Shown in pieces: positions 36,991 to 48,710 of a stretch of 64,000 nt of DNA (position 1 is its first letter; every line of letters starts with the position of its first letter). Both the position numbers and the translations under genes were made by a program. The notes below the pieces were generated by a model. That model saw nothing but the letters and a program-made list of their open reading frames with translations, was not told the DNA's origin and did not search any database. The stretch is from NCBI RefSeq assembly GCF_030144855.1, contig NC_082730.1, positions 4,092,001-4,156,000 on the forward strand, in the 5' to 3' direction. The DNA is from Hypanus sabinus (lineage: Eukaryota).

Positions 36991-37278
36991 AGCCTGTGTC
37001 AGGAGCAAACATCATGGTTCAGAACATCACCAGGACCTGTAGCCTCACCCTGACCTGCTCTGTGACCTCTGGCAACCACACCAGCTTCAGTTGGTGGAGA
37101 AGGGGAGATGTTACAGGACACAACGGCAGCCATCACTTCTGGAAACACGGAGAGACGATATAGGTTCATTGCACAGCAGAGATGGAGGATGTGGTGTACG
37201 GGTGTGAGGCCAGCAACCCCATCAGTGAGGACACCGCACAGGTCCGGCTGGGGAACGTCTGTAATCTGGACACATGTA
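36991..37278 (+). pseudogene. Copy B exon: C2-set Ig domain with in-frame TAG (37161-37163)
   Basis: 288 nt with the same splice sites as copy A. Codon 57 of the exon is TAG where A has CAG (2376-2378). Confidence 0.92.
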
Positions 37279-37364
37279 GTGAGTGTCAGAGGAAGGAGTT
37301 GGGATTTAGTTATCTCCCCATCCCAGGACTGTGAGATGGGACAGCTTAGAAGAGCTTAATAAAA

Positions 37365-38836
37365 ACATAAACATTTACAGCAGATTACAGACCCTTTGAC
37401 CCACAATGTTGTGCTAACCATGTAACCTACTCTAAAATCTGCCCAGAATTTCACTATAGCACAGCCCTTGAGTTTCCTAAGCTCCATGCTCCTATCGAAC
37501 AATCTCTTAAAAGACCCTATTGAATCTGTCTCTACCAGCATTGCTGGCAGTGCATTCCATGCACCCACCAGTCTCTGTGTGAAAACTTACCTCTAACAGC
37601 CCCCTTGTACCTACTTCCAAGCATCTTAAAACAATGCCCCTTTGTGTTGGCTATTTCAGTCCTTTGATACAGCCTCTGGCTAGCCACGCGATCAATGCCC
37701 CTCATCATCTTTTACACCTCCATCAGGTCACCTCGCATCCTCTTTTGCTCCAAGGAGTTCACTCAACCTATTCTCTTAAGGCATGCTCCCCAATCCAGGG
37801 AACATCCTTGTAAATCTCCTCGACACACTTTCTATGGTTTCCATATCCTCCCTGTAATGAGGTGATCAGAATGAGCACAGTACTCCAAGTGCGGCCTAAC
37901 TAAGTGTATCTCCACCTCCCTCACACTGGCCCTCAATAACCCCTCTACTCAAGCTCAGCCTCCACCTCCCTGACCACTGGGTATCTCAGCCATCCTAAAT
38001 AATCCTTCCCTCCAATCTAATCATTCCTTCACTCCAGCAAGATTGCACAGTTGTTTCAGTATGGACCATCTGCAAAATGCACTGCAGATCCTCACCCAGG
38101 CTATGCTGACAAATATGAGTGGAGGCTTAGTATAAAATACAAAATTGAAGGTTAACTACAAAGTAAACGGTCCTCTGCAATATCCTCTCAGACAGTGTCT
38201 GAGAGCAGAATACATACAAACTGAAGTTTTTAAGAAAGCACATGGTACATTGGCATTCATCAACCAGGGGATTGAGTTCAAGAGCCAAGAGGTAAAGTCA
38301 GACCCAACTTAGATTTCTGGTCTCCTCACTGCAGGAAGGATATGGAAACTATAGAAAGGTTTCAGAGGAGATTTACAAGGACGTTGCCTGGATTGGGGAG
38401 CATGCCTTATGAGAATAGTTTGAGTGAACTCGGCCTTTTCTCCTTGGTGTGGTGGATGATGTGATGTGACCTGATAGAGGCGTATAAGATGATAAGAGGC
38501 ATTGAACGTGTGGACAGTCAGAGGCTTTTTCCCAGGGCTGAAATGGCTAACATGAGAGGGCACAGTTTTAAGGTGCTTGGATGTAGGTACAGAGGAGATA
38601 TCAGGGGTAAGTTTTTTTAATGCAGAGAGTAGTGAATGAGTGGAATGGGCTGCTGGAAATGGTGGTGGAGGTGGATACAACAGGGTCTTTTAGGAGAATC
38701 CTGTATAGGCGCATTGGAGCTCAGAAAAATAGAGGGCTATGGGTAGCCCTAGGTAATTTCTAAGGTAGGGACATGCTCGGCTCAGCTTTGTGGGCTGAAG
38801 GGCCTGTATCGTGCTGTAGGTTTTCTATGTTTCTAT
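37365..38836. mobile_element. CR1 3' fragments (minus about 37365-37910; plus about 38220-38836)
   Basis: CR1 ORF2 C-terminal remnants and (ttctatgt)n tails. Confidence 0.7.
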
Positions 38837-39479
38837 GTTTGAGAAGATGGGCAATTTCAGTTTTGATTCTTCCACCATTTCCTTAATTCCTGTCACAACA
38901 TTTTCAAATGTCAACATTATTGTCCTTTTGTGTACCAATGGGAGCACCATACAGCAGGAGGAAATGGGGGGAGTGATGTGATAGTGACTGGAGGGAATAG
39001 AGGATGACGGGACTGAGGGGTATTGAAGGGGTGGAGTGCAGGTCAGTGATGTGATGTTGATTAGAGGGAATGGGGAAAGAGGGGACTGACGGGTATCAGA
39101 GGGGTGGTGATGGGTTTGGAGATGAGTGATTTGATGGAGAGAATTGGATGGAAAGATTGAGGGGTACTGGAGGGGAGGGGTGGGATGGAGGACAGTGAGG
39201 TGATAGTGATCGGAGGGAATCGGGACTCAGGGGACTGAGGGTTATTGGAGGGAAAAAGGTTGGAGGGACTGAGGGATGTTGGAAGGGAGGGGAGCAGGGT
39301 GGAGAGGTGGGGTTTGGAGGGGATTTATGTGATGGTGATTTCAGGGTACTGAGGGACTATGTTGAGGTGACAGGGAGTTTTCTCCGACTGAGGAGGGATG
39401 GAGTGAATTCATCAATCCTGTGTCACTGGGAATGTGAGGACTGGATTCATCAGGAAATCTTTTCTCCTCTGTGTTACAG

Positions 39480-39629
39480 CTTCTAAACCAACAGCGGTGC
39501 CGATTGCAGTGACCCTGGTGATTGGACTGTCAGTGGCGGGGACCCTCCTGATCTTTGCTCTCACTGTGATCCTCAGGGTCACACGGAGGAGAAGAGCTGA
39601 TGGAAGGGAAGGAACTTCAGGGACTGAAG
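39480..39629 (+). CDS. Copy B exon: uncharged transmembrane segment
   Basis: 150 nt, GC donor 'gaag|gcaagt'; SKPTAVPIAVTLVIGLSVAGTLLIFALTVILRVTRRRRADGREGTSGTE. Confidence 0.9.
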
Positions 39630-39771
39630 GCAAGTAGATCTGAAACCCTGTCATTGAGTCTAGTAATTGGGGGAGGGACAGAGATGGGGTGGGGCAGGGA
39701 GTTGACAACAGGATTGGAAGAGAGGAATAGTTTTAGTACAGACCCTGACACCTATGCTTTCTGTCCCACAG

Positions 39772-39860
39772 ACCAAGCGGAGACAGGCATCATTTACACA
39801 GATCTTCAGTGGATGCAGAAAAATCGCAGTGTCGGGCAGCCCCCCAAGGGAATTGACAGG
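39772..39860 (+). CDS. Copy B cytoplasmic exon 1 with ITIM (IIYTDL)
   Basis: Acceptor 'gtcccacag|ac'; (D)QAETGIIYTDLQWMQKNRSVGQPPKGIDR; phase-0 donor 'agg|gtaatg'. Confidence 0.85.
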
Positions 39861-40137
39861 GTAATGACAGACATTTTACCCCTGGAAAGGGGCCACTCAC
39901 CCTCATCGGGGCAGCCTGAACATAAGGCCTGCATGTAATCTGCACAATCCCAGAACCAACCACGGGTTCCTGACACCGGAAATTGTTCAAACTACCACTG
40001 CAGAACACAGCAGCGTACACACTGAGGCACAGCAAGATCACATTTACCACTGAGGAGTCAATTGAACTTTTACCTCAGTGAACTCCAAGCCTAGTTAGGC
40101 AGATCTAACAGCAATTGTACCCTCTGTGCACACAGTG

Positions 40138-40928
40138 TTAGTGGGTACACTGTCCCCACATACCCGGTCACTGGGTACACTGTCCCCCACATACCCGGTC
40201 ACTGGGTACACTGTCCCCACACACCCAGTCACTGGGACACACTGTCCCCACATACCCAGTCACTGGGATACACTGTTCCCACACGCCCAGTCACTGGGTA
40301 CACTGTCCCCACATACCTGGTCACTGGGTACACTGTCCCCACACACCCAGTCACAGGGTACACTGTCTCCACACACCCGGTCACTGGGTACACTGTCCCC
40401 ACATGCCCAGTCACAGGTTACACTGTCCCCCACTGTCCCCACATACCCAGTCACTGGGATACACTGTCCCCAAACACCCAGTCAGTGGGTACACTGTCCC
40501 CACATGCCCGGTCACTGGGTACACTGTCCCACACACACCCAGTCACTGGGTACACTGTCCCCATATACCCGGTCACTGGGTACACTGTCCCCACACACCT
40601 AGTCACTGGGTACACTGTCCCCACACACCTAGTCACTGGGACACACTGTCCCCACACACCCAGTCACTGGGATACACTGTCCCCACACGCCCAGTCACTG
40701 GGTACACTGTCCCCACATGCCCAGTCACAGGGTACACTGTCCCCCACACACCAAGTCACTGGGATACACTGTCCGCACAAACACAGTCACTGGGTACACT
40801 GTCCCCACATACCCAGTCACTGGGATACACTGAACCACACACCCAGTCACTGGGTACACTGTCCCCAAACACCCAGTCACTGTGATATCATGTCCCCACA
40901 CACCCACTCACTGGGTTCACTGTCCCTG
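40138..40928. repeat. 30-bp minisatellite, about 26 units, in the last intron of copy B
   Basis: Consensus about acacacccagtcactgggtacactgtcccc, tandem without spacers. Confidence 0.95.
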
Positions 40929-41159
40929 TACACGCAGTTATGCCCAGTAGTGTGTGCATTTCTTATGATAAGTCGTGGAGTTAATATTTGTGTTGATGGG
41001 CAGTTTGTGAGTACATTGTGAATGCACTGAGAATGAGGCCATGTTGATGCTGGGTTGCTACCATTGTTTATCAGTCGATTATTGCTGATCCGAATTTCCA
41101 TCATTGTGTATTGCTTTGTATGTCCAGGTCTTTTCTGTCCATTTGTCATGTGTTGTTGT

Positions 41160-41520
41160 GCCCAGTCTCAATGTCTCCCCTCTCCAGAGTCCTTGTCTCT
41201 GTATCCAGTCTCCATGTCCTATAACTAGGTCCTGGTCTATATCTCCCTGTCTTCGTGTCTTGCTTCCCAGTCCTGGTCCGTATTTCCTTGCCTCTGTGTA
41301 CTCATCTAGATCTCCCTGTCTCAGGGTCCTGGTCCGTATCTCCCTATGTTGATGCCCTATCTCTGGCTCCCAGTCTGTATCTCCTTGTTCCTGTGTCCTG
41401 TCTCCAGGTCCTCCCTCTGTGTTCTGGTCTGTACATCCCTTACTGGGTCCTGGGCTCTGTTTCCCTGTCTGTGTTTCCCAGTCTCCAAGACTTTCTGACG
41501 CAGTGTGTCCTATCTCTGTT
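41160..41520 (+). repeat. Degenerate pyrimidine-rich tandem repeat
   Basis: Recurring 'ggtcctggtccgtatctccct' / 'tctccctgtct' motifs. Confidence 0.55.
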
Positions 41521-41564
41521 TCCCTTACATCACCCAGAGCTGACAGGTTCTGTTACTTTTGTAG

Positions 41565-41687
41565 TGTGCTGGTCCGGAGGTCGTTGCCGAGACTACCCCC
41601 ACTGAGTACGCTGCGGTGATGTACCGTGCCAGTCCCTCCCGTGGATGGCCTGAGGACAGAGCCCCTGAACAGTATCCTGTAGTCTAG
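41565..41687 (+). CDS. Copy B terminal exon with ITSM (TEYAAV)
   Basis: Branch point CTGAC plus 'ttctgttacttttgtag|', phase 0; CAGPEVVAETTPTEYAAVMYRASPSRGWPEDRAPEQYPVV*. Not listed in the ORF track. Confidence 0.85.
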   Translation, partial: CAGPEVVAETTPTEYAAVMYRASPSRGWPEDRAPEQYPVV

Positions 41688-41973
41688 GATGGATCGTCCC
41701 TCCCTTGGCACTGGAACAAGGAGGGACAGACTCTCAGAGGGATCTGCATGTGGACTGATGGCTTGAAGATGCAGGTTTCCTCTCTGTCCCACTGTCGTGG
41801 TGGGGGGTGAGGACTATGGGACACGAGCATGGCTGCTCTTTCCTGCTGTACTTAGAAAGTGTTGAATGTTAGTTCAATAATAGTCACCAGTTTTGTCTGG
41901 TGGAAGAGATTTTGTCAGAACGTGCCCCTGTAGATTATCACCTTGATTAATCCTACTCAAACAGTAGTTAATA

Positions 41974-41979
41974 ATTAAA
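41974..41979 (+). terminator. Possible poly(A) signal (ATTAAA) for copy B
   Basis: Variant hexamer about 290 nt after the stop codon; motif match only. Confidence 0.25.
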
Positions 41980-42271
41980 TGAATAATGTGAGCCTGTGCC
42001 CAGTTTCCAAATGCTCACCACTCTCCCATCTTGAGTGATCAATTCTCGAACACAGGTTCACACTGATAGTGCAGAATTATCAGTGGGGAAAGATGGGGAT
42101 CCAGGAGACTCTGTCAACCTTCTGCCAGAAGTCAGGAAGGGAAAAAAGAGGGCGGAGGGGAGAAGATTTCAGAGTGACATTGGATTTATGAGGAATGGCT
42201 ATGAGGTGGGACTCAGTGGAGAACAGGGATTTAAGAGAGGGAGAAAAATGGAAAGGTTTAAGGGAGCAACA

Positions 42272-42392
42272 ACACACACGAAGTGCTGGAAGAACTCAGC
42301 ACGTCAGACAGCGTCTCTATCGGGGAATAATAGTTGACGATTCGGCTGACTGCTGCCCCAACTGCTAAGCTCCTCCAGCATGAAGTGTGTGT
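42272..42392. mobile_element. Short inverted-repeat (MITE/Penelope-terminus-like) element
   Basis: 'acacacacgaagtgctggaagaactcagca' vs 'tgctaagctcctccagcatgaagtgtgtgt' match about 23/30 as inverted repeats. Half-copies occur near 7050, 31990 and 49890. Confidence 0.6.
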
Positions 42393-43078
42393 TGCCCAAG
42401 ATTCCCAGTATCTGGTTGTGTCTCGGGTTTAAGGGAGAGTGAGTTTTTGGAAAGTGAGGAAAACGAGAGACAGGGATTTAATATAAGCGATGCAAGGATA
42501 CAGCATAGATGGGGCGATGGCCATGTTGTACAGGATCTAGCCATGTGATCTCATACACACCACATGACCATTCGAGTTCTCTACACCTCTCTAGGATGTG
42601 GAAGGCAAGTCCAGAAGTTTAACCTCCTGGGATCCAAGGCAAGTTGGTACATTGAGTACAAAGTGAGCTTGGTAATAGGAGGCAGAGAGTGATAGTGGAC
42701 TGTTGCTTTTGTGATTGGAAGCCTATGGCCACTTTCATCCCATAGGGGTCATTACTGGACCCTGTGTGTGCGTGTTGGATGCGGTGTTTCATTGATTTTA
42801 TTGTGTTTCTTGGATTTACTGAGTATGCCCTCAAGGGAATTAATCTCATGTTTCTATATGGTGACATATATGTACTTTAATAATAAATTTATTTTGAATT
42901 TTGAATGTACATTGTGATTTTCCATATGGATGTAGGAAAGATCCGAAGACGCTGATGGAGATCTACATTATTGCAGGCAGAATAGAGAAGGAGGTCTGTA
43001 CATTTTTCCTCAAGGCCTAGGTGTTCAAAGCCAGCCAAGGTATAAAGGTGGGGAATAGGAGGTTCAAGGGGACATTTA

Positions 43079-43407
43079 CCATATAACCATATAACCATCT
43101 AACAATCACAGCATGGAAACAGGCCATCTCGGCCCTCCTAGTCCGTGCCAAACTCTTAATCTCACCTAGTCCCACCTACCTGCACTCAGCCCATAACCCT
43201 CCACTCCTTTCCTGTCCATATACCTATCCAATTTTACCTGAAATGACACAACTGAACTGGCCTCTACTACTTCTACAGGAAGCTCATTCCACACAGCTAT
43301 CACTCTCTGAGTAAAGAAATACCCCCTCGTGTTTCCCTTAAACTTCTGCCCCCTAACTCTCAAATCATGTCTTCTCATTTGAATCTCCCCTACTCTCAAT
43401 GGAAACA
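43079..43407 (-). mobile_element. CR1 3' fragment
   Basis: ORF 43166-43489 ends RGYFFTQRVIAVWNELP...DRYMDRKGVEGYG; (ggttatat)n tail. Confidence 0.85.
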
Positions 43408-44764
43408 GGAGGTAAAAAATCTCCAACACTCTACCTGAGGGTATGGAGGTGGCAGAAATGCTCACAATATTTAAGAAGTGTCTGGACAAGCAACTGTGTT
43501 ACCAAGCAATGGAAAACTATAGACCAGCTGCAGTCAAGTGTAATCTGGTACTCAGAGATTGTCACAGATAATAAGGGTGTTTTTCTTTGTTGTGTGTCTC
43601 GATGACTCCATCGTATTCAACTCCTTTCACAAACACCTCGCAGTTCAAAGTACATTTATTATCAAAGTATGTATACGTGACACAACCTTGAGATTCATCT
43701 CCTTACAGACAGCCACAAAACAAGAAACACAAAAGAACCCATAAAGTTAAAAAGACCAACAAATGTGCAGAGAGAGAAAAAAACACTACTTGTAGAAACA
43801 ATAAGAGATGCAACAGCATTTAGAACGAAAGTGAGTCCACATACACAAAGTCTGGAGCACCTGGAACAGGCTGCAGCTTCAGCATTATCGCAGTGAAGAA
43901 CGGAGCAAATGTCACAGTGCAGTGAGCAGAACCGGCCTGTCCCTCACCTCCAGTCCCAACACCCTTTCCTCTTCAATCCACCTGGCCCAGCATTTAAATC
44001 ATCCAAACATCAGATCATTCCTCATTCTCAGATAGGGGCCTTGTTGCATCGATACGCTCTGTGCATGGATCCCGGTGCCACATTCTGGCCCGGACCTGAC
44101 CTTTCCCAAATGACCCAGTGCTTTGATCGATCAGGCCTTGCTCTCGGTTTAGGTGGACAGTCTCCAAAGCTCCTCCACTCCCACTTTTCTCCACTTCACG
44201 TGCCCTGGCTCCATCTTAACCATATCTCAACCTCATTCCCACCTCCTTTCCTCAAACTTCCCTCGACCTCGCTCTGACCTTGCATTGCAGCTGCACGCCT
44301 CAACCCTCGAGTCAGCCGCACCTTCTTTGTTTGTGGTAATCGTTTACCTAACAAATAAGACAGACAGCAGGAGTGCCCATGTCACACCACAGCCTTATGG
44401 CTGGGGAACCCTCCCCATTCCATACTCCGGCAGCCATTGTTGATGCGTCAATACATGGATGCCACCCACACAGGAAACAGGTTGTTGGTCTGAGCATGGT
44501 ATCGGCCTCGGAAACACAGAAGAGGTATATCTGACAATCAATCCGGGATCTCCTCCTCCTCCAGACATCCCCCCATCCCCAAGATTACAATTGAAACACA
44601 CATCCCCCTCCCCACTCCTCCCCCCAGGAAAAATCAGAAACTGTGGTAGATAAAGAGAGTGAATACTTCTTGAAACTATCGTATCTCATCACATCAGGCC
44701 TGAGGGACATACAGATTCACAAAGTGCGATGGCACACAGCAAGGTGAAACAAGTGACCTGGTAC

Positions 44765-45090
44765 AAGTGGAAGGTCAGAGGCTTTTTCCCGGGGCTGAAA
44801 TAGCCAGCACGAGAGGTCACAGTTTAAAGGTGCTTGGAAGTAGTTACAAAGGGGATGTCAGGGATAAGTTTTTTACACAGAGAGAGGTGAGTGTGTGGAA
44901 TAGGCTGCCAGTGACAGTGGTGGAGGCAAATACGAAAGGATTTTTTAAGAGACTCCTGCAGAGGTACATGGAGCTTAGTAAAATGGAGGGCTATGGGTAA
45001 CCCTGGGTAATTTCTAAAGTAAGTACATGTTTGGCACAGCATTGTGGGCCATGTGGCCTGTATAGTGCTGCAGGTTTTCTCTGCTTCTAT
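44765..45090 (+). mobile_element. CR1 3' fragment
   Basis: RLFPGAEIASTRGHSLKV...FFTQREVSVWNRLP followed by a 3' UTR. Confidence 0.85.
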
Positions 45091-47744
45091 GTACAATTTC
45101 CTGGAGTTTTAAACTCCCTGGCAGGAAAGAGGGGGCCAACAGCATGGAAGCTACATGGCCAGTGGAGCTGAGGTGTCTCGTGTAGACCCTCCAGAGGATG
45201 CACCTAGCATATCCTCTGCACCCACCACCTATGGAGTGGGATGGAGAAAAGGTAGCGGTACCATCTTGGTCCTTGCAGGTGTGGTACTGTGCACGGGCTG
45301 TGGTCCGGTAGACGTGGAGGGCCGTCCCTCGGATTCCTCCTCCCACAACGGTTGCATGAACAGCTGGCATCAGAGAGAGGAGAGGTAGTGGAGATCGAGC
45401 AGGACTGGGGTGATCCCAGCCTCATCTGCTCCAGAAAGTGCAGGTGTGGGGAAAAGAAACTGACCGAGATTGAAGGGCAGGACACTGGGAAGGATGACTC
45501 ACTGCACGATGATCTCAAGGATCCACAACAAGAAAAATCCTGTTAATAGACCAGAGACACTTCTCTCTGTCTTCTGGGAGACCAGACATCTGTGAGTCTG
45601 TGACAGCACCCAAAGGGATATGCTTGACACGTCCCTGTGTACAGATTTCACCAGCAATGTCATGTGAAAACAGCATCAGAGGGGGAGAGGTGTTCCATTG
45701 GCAGAAACAACCACAGCACAATGCAGTAACAGAAACACTGGGGTTGGCGAGATAAACTGAGGTGGGACGGGGAGAAGGGACTCACTTTGGCCTGATGGTG
45801 TTGAACTTCAGGAGAGTTGTTGGAGCCGCACTCACCCAGGTAAGCGGACACTGCTCCAGATGAACCTTGTGGAGTGCTGAAAGCCTTGGGGTGTGAGGAG
45901 GTGAGTCACTCCCCACAGGATTGCCAGCCTCTCACCTGCTCCTGTAGACTCGGTGTTGATGTCCAGTTGAGTCTCTGGTCAGTGGTGATTACCGGATTTT
46001 GATGGTGGGGACTGGACAATGGGAATATGAGAATGAGATTGTCAGAATCTCTTGTTGTCACAGCCTGCTACTTGTGTAGTGTGAATATCAGATCAGAAAG
46101 GTCATGGTGTCAGGACCAGAGGCGAGGGACAGGACGGTTCTACTTACTGTTCCATGATGTTTACTCGTCTCTGCACTGAACTGAGGCTGTCTCCTGCTCT
46201 CGCTGCAGTAAATACTGGCTTTGTCACCAACTTCAGCTCTGAATGTCATTTGCTTGCTTTCATTGTTTGCACCTTTTTCTCTGCACATTGGGTGTTTGAT
46301 TTCTCTTTGAGTGGTTTCTTTTGGGTTTCTTTGTGTTGCGGCTGCTTGCAAGGCGAGGAATCTGAAGTTCGTATTGTGGGTACACACCTTGAGAATTAAT
46401 GTCCATTGAAGTTCTCAACCCCTTTCTGAAAGTTGTCTGGATCTTGATGGAGTGGGCTACTTCACCTGCTGGGGTGGGAATGGAACTGAAGATCGTGCAA
46501 TCAGGAGTGAGTGTTCCCATTTCTGTCCTCAGGATCAAAGGAAAGTCACCGATGAAGGTGGGTGGGCCCAGGACGCTGCCCTGAGAAACTCCTGCACTGA
46601 TTACCTGGGGCTGGGGTGGGGGGGGGGGGGTTGTACAGAAACACATGAGTCCACAGTAGCAATCAACCACTGAGCCCATTCTGTGTGATCATATCTGATC
46701 CTCTGTCTGTGATCACACTTCCTACTGTCCTCGACGGACACTGCATCAAGAAACCAGACTCCTCAAGTTTATTCAACAGCTCATCCACAAGTCTCCGAGA
46801 ATTCCACAGCTCTGAGCGAAGAAATCACTCTACCTCAGTCTGACCTATCTTCCCTCTCTCCTGAGACTGGTACCACTTGTTCTAGACTTGTCAGTCAGGA
46901 CCCTGTGTCCATCACAGACTGGAACAGTTCAATGGATTCCACCCCCCCGACCCCCATTCCTCCAATGAACACAGGCCCTGTTAACCCAGACTCTTCTCAT
47001 ATAACAGGCCAAACACCTCTGGAACCGGGCAGGTGAATCTTTATGACAATTCTATCTGTTCTCAGGTAACGAGACCTTGGTAGGGCCAAAAGACCAGAGT
47101 CATTACAGAGAGACACAATTGCTCTGTACATATGATGAGGCCAACATACCATTTGCCCCTCAGCTGCTTGTTGTGCCAGGACCAGCTCCCTTTGGACATC
47201 ACCGTTTCCCATCCTTCAGCATTTCCTTAGTATTTTGCCTTGCTGTTCCCTTGCTAAAGTGGAGAACTTCACATTTACCCACATTATAGCACATATTTGC
47301 CCAATCAACGAGTCAAAAAGCATCTTGAGATTTCTTTGCATCCCTTCCTCAGCTCACAATCCCATCCAGTTTCATGTGTCAGCAACGTTTGGGAGATTAC
47401 ATTCAGGTAATCCTCCCTCATCCATTTCATTTTTGTACATTGTGAAAAGAACCAGAGAGTACAAGCACAGTCACACTGACCCTCCAAGTTCATGCAGTCC
47501 ATCAAGTCCCCATCCATTTGGGTCCCATTTACCATCACTTGGTCCATGTCCCTCAATGTTGTTGGAATATCTACATCCCCCTCCTACTCCAGCAGTGTGC
47601 TCCAGAATCCAAACATCTTCTGAGCGAAAATACTTTCTCCTCAGATCCACTGTGAACCTCCTTCTCTTACTTTCAATTAAACTATTGAGTTTCAGATATC
47701 TCCAGCCAACATAGCTCTCTGGGTCATTGAGGCACGCAAACCAG

Positions 47745-48710
47745 AAGCTCAGAGACCTGGGCCTTCACCTTGCCTTGTGCAGCTGGATCCTGGACTTCCT
47801 GTCAGAATGCCGGCAAGTGGTAAGAGTGGGCTCCCTCATTTTGCTCCTCTGACCCTCAACACAGGACCCCCCGAGGGCTCTGTCATAACCCCCACTCCTT
47901 TACTCTCTGTACACCCATGACTGTGTCACCACCCACAACTCAAATCTGCTAATTAAATTTGCAGATGATACTACACTGATTGGCCCAATCTCAAATAATA
48001 ATGAGAAGCCCTCACTCTGACACAGTGGTGCTAAGAAAACAACCTCTCCTTCAATGTCACAAAAGCGAAGGAGCTGGTTGTGGACCACAGGAGGAACAGA
48101 GATAAGCTCACCCCTGACAGCAATAGATCTGGGGTTGATAAGGTGAGCAGCTTTAAGTTCCTCGGTATACATATCACTGAAGATCTCACTTGGTCTGTAC
48201 ACACCGTTGTGTGGTGAAAAAGACACAACAGTGCCTCTTCCATCTCAGATGGTTGAAGGAGGTTGGCATGAGCTCCCAAATCCTAAGGACATTCTACAGG
48301 GGCACAATTGAGAGCATCCTGACTAGCTACATCAATCTGTACTGCTGTATTGTACTTTTCTCAACCGCAGGACTTTACAGAAAGTGGCATGGACAGGCCG
48401 GCACATCTGTGGACGTGAACTTCCCACTATCCAGGACATTTAAAGTGACAGGTGTGTAAAGGGGGCCCGAACCAATTGGCTCCAAGACAGCTTCTTCCCC
48501 CATGACATCAGACTGATTAATTCACGCCAACACAATTGTAATTCTAAGCTAAATTGACTGTTCTGTTGTACTTCTTACTGTACATACTATTTAGTACAAA
48601 TTACTATAATTTGCACTTTGTACATTCAGATGAAGACATAAAGTGAAGGTTTTTACTCATCAGGTGCGTGAAGGATGTGAAAAACAAAGTCAATTCAATT
48701 CAATTCATGA
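47745..48710 (+). mobile_element. Rex-Babar-like LINE RT fragment with 3' end
   Basis: LNTG.P.G....PLLYSLYTHDC...LIKFADDTTLIG, then KKTQQCLFHLRWLKEVG; (aattc)n tail near 48690. Confidence 0.8.

Larger units (their letters stand above)
33326..40002 (+). repeat. Segmental duplication unit B (paralogous to 1-4232)
   Basis: See unit A. Confidence 0.95.
15965..41687 (+). pseudogene. Copy B: CD2/SLAM-family-like ITIM/ITSM receptor with a nonsense codon in the C2 exon
   Basis: join(15965..16019,32877..33197,36991..37278,39480..39629,39772..39860,41565..41687) = 1026 nt, in frame, with a single internal TAG at 37161-37163. Assignment of the leader is less certain than the other exons. Confidence 0.75.

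Noticed and set aside
39861-39938. Read-through tail (VMTDILPLERG...KACM) as B's main C-terminus
   Set aside because: A good phase-0 donor and a downstream ITSM exon explain the structure better. It is kept only as a possible isoform.
40138-40928. CRISPR-like array (about 30-bp partly palindromic repeats)
   Set aside because: Units are head-to-tail with no unique spacers, there are no cas genes, and the context is eukaryotic. It is a minisatellite.
40126-41021. Overlapping long ORFs as a mucin-like gene
   Set aside because: The open frames follow from a stop-free 30-bp unit; there is no convincing start or splice structure.
45130-45560. GC-rich overlapping ORFs, possibly a retroelement ORF1/gag
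   Set aside because: No diagnostic motif such as CCHC was found, so it cannot be classified.
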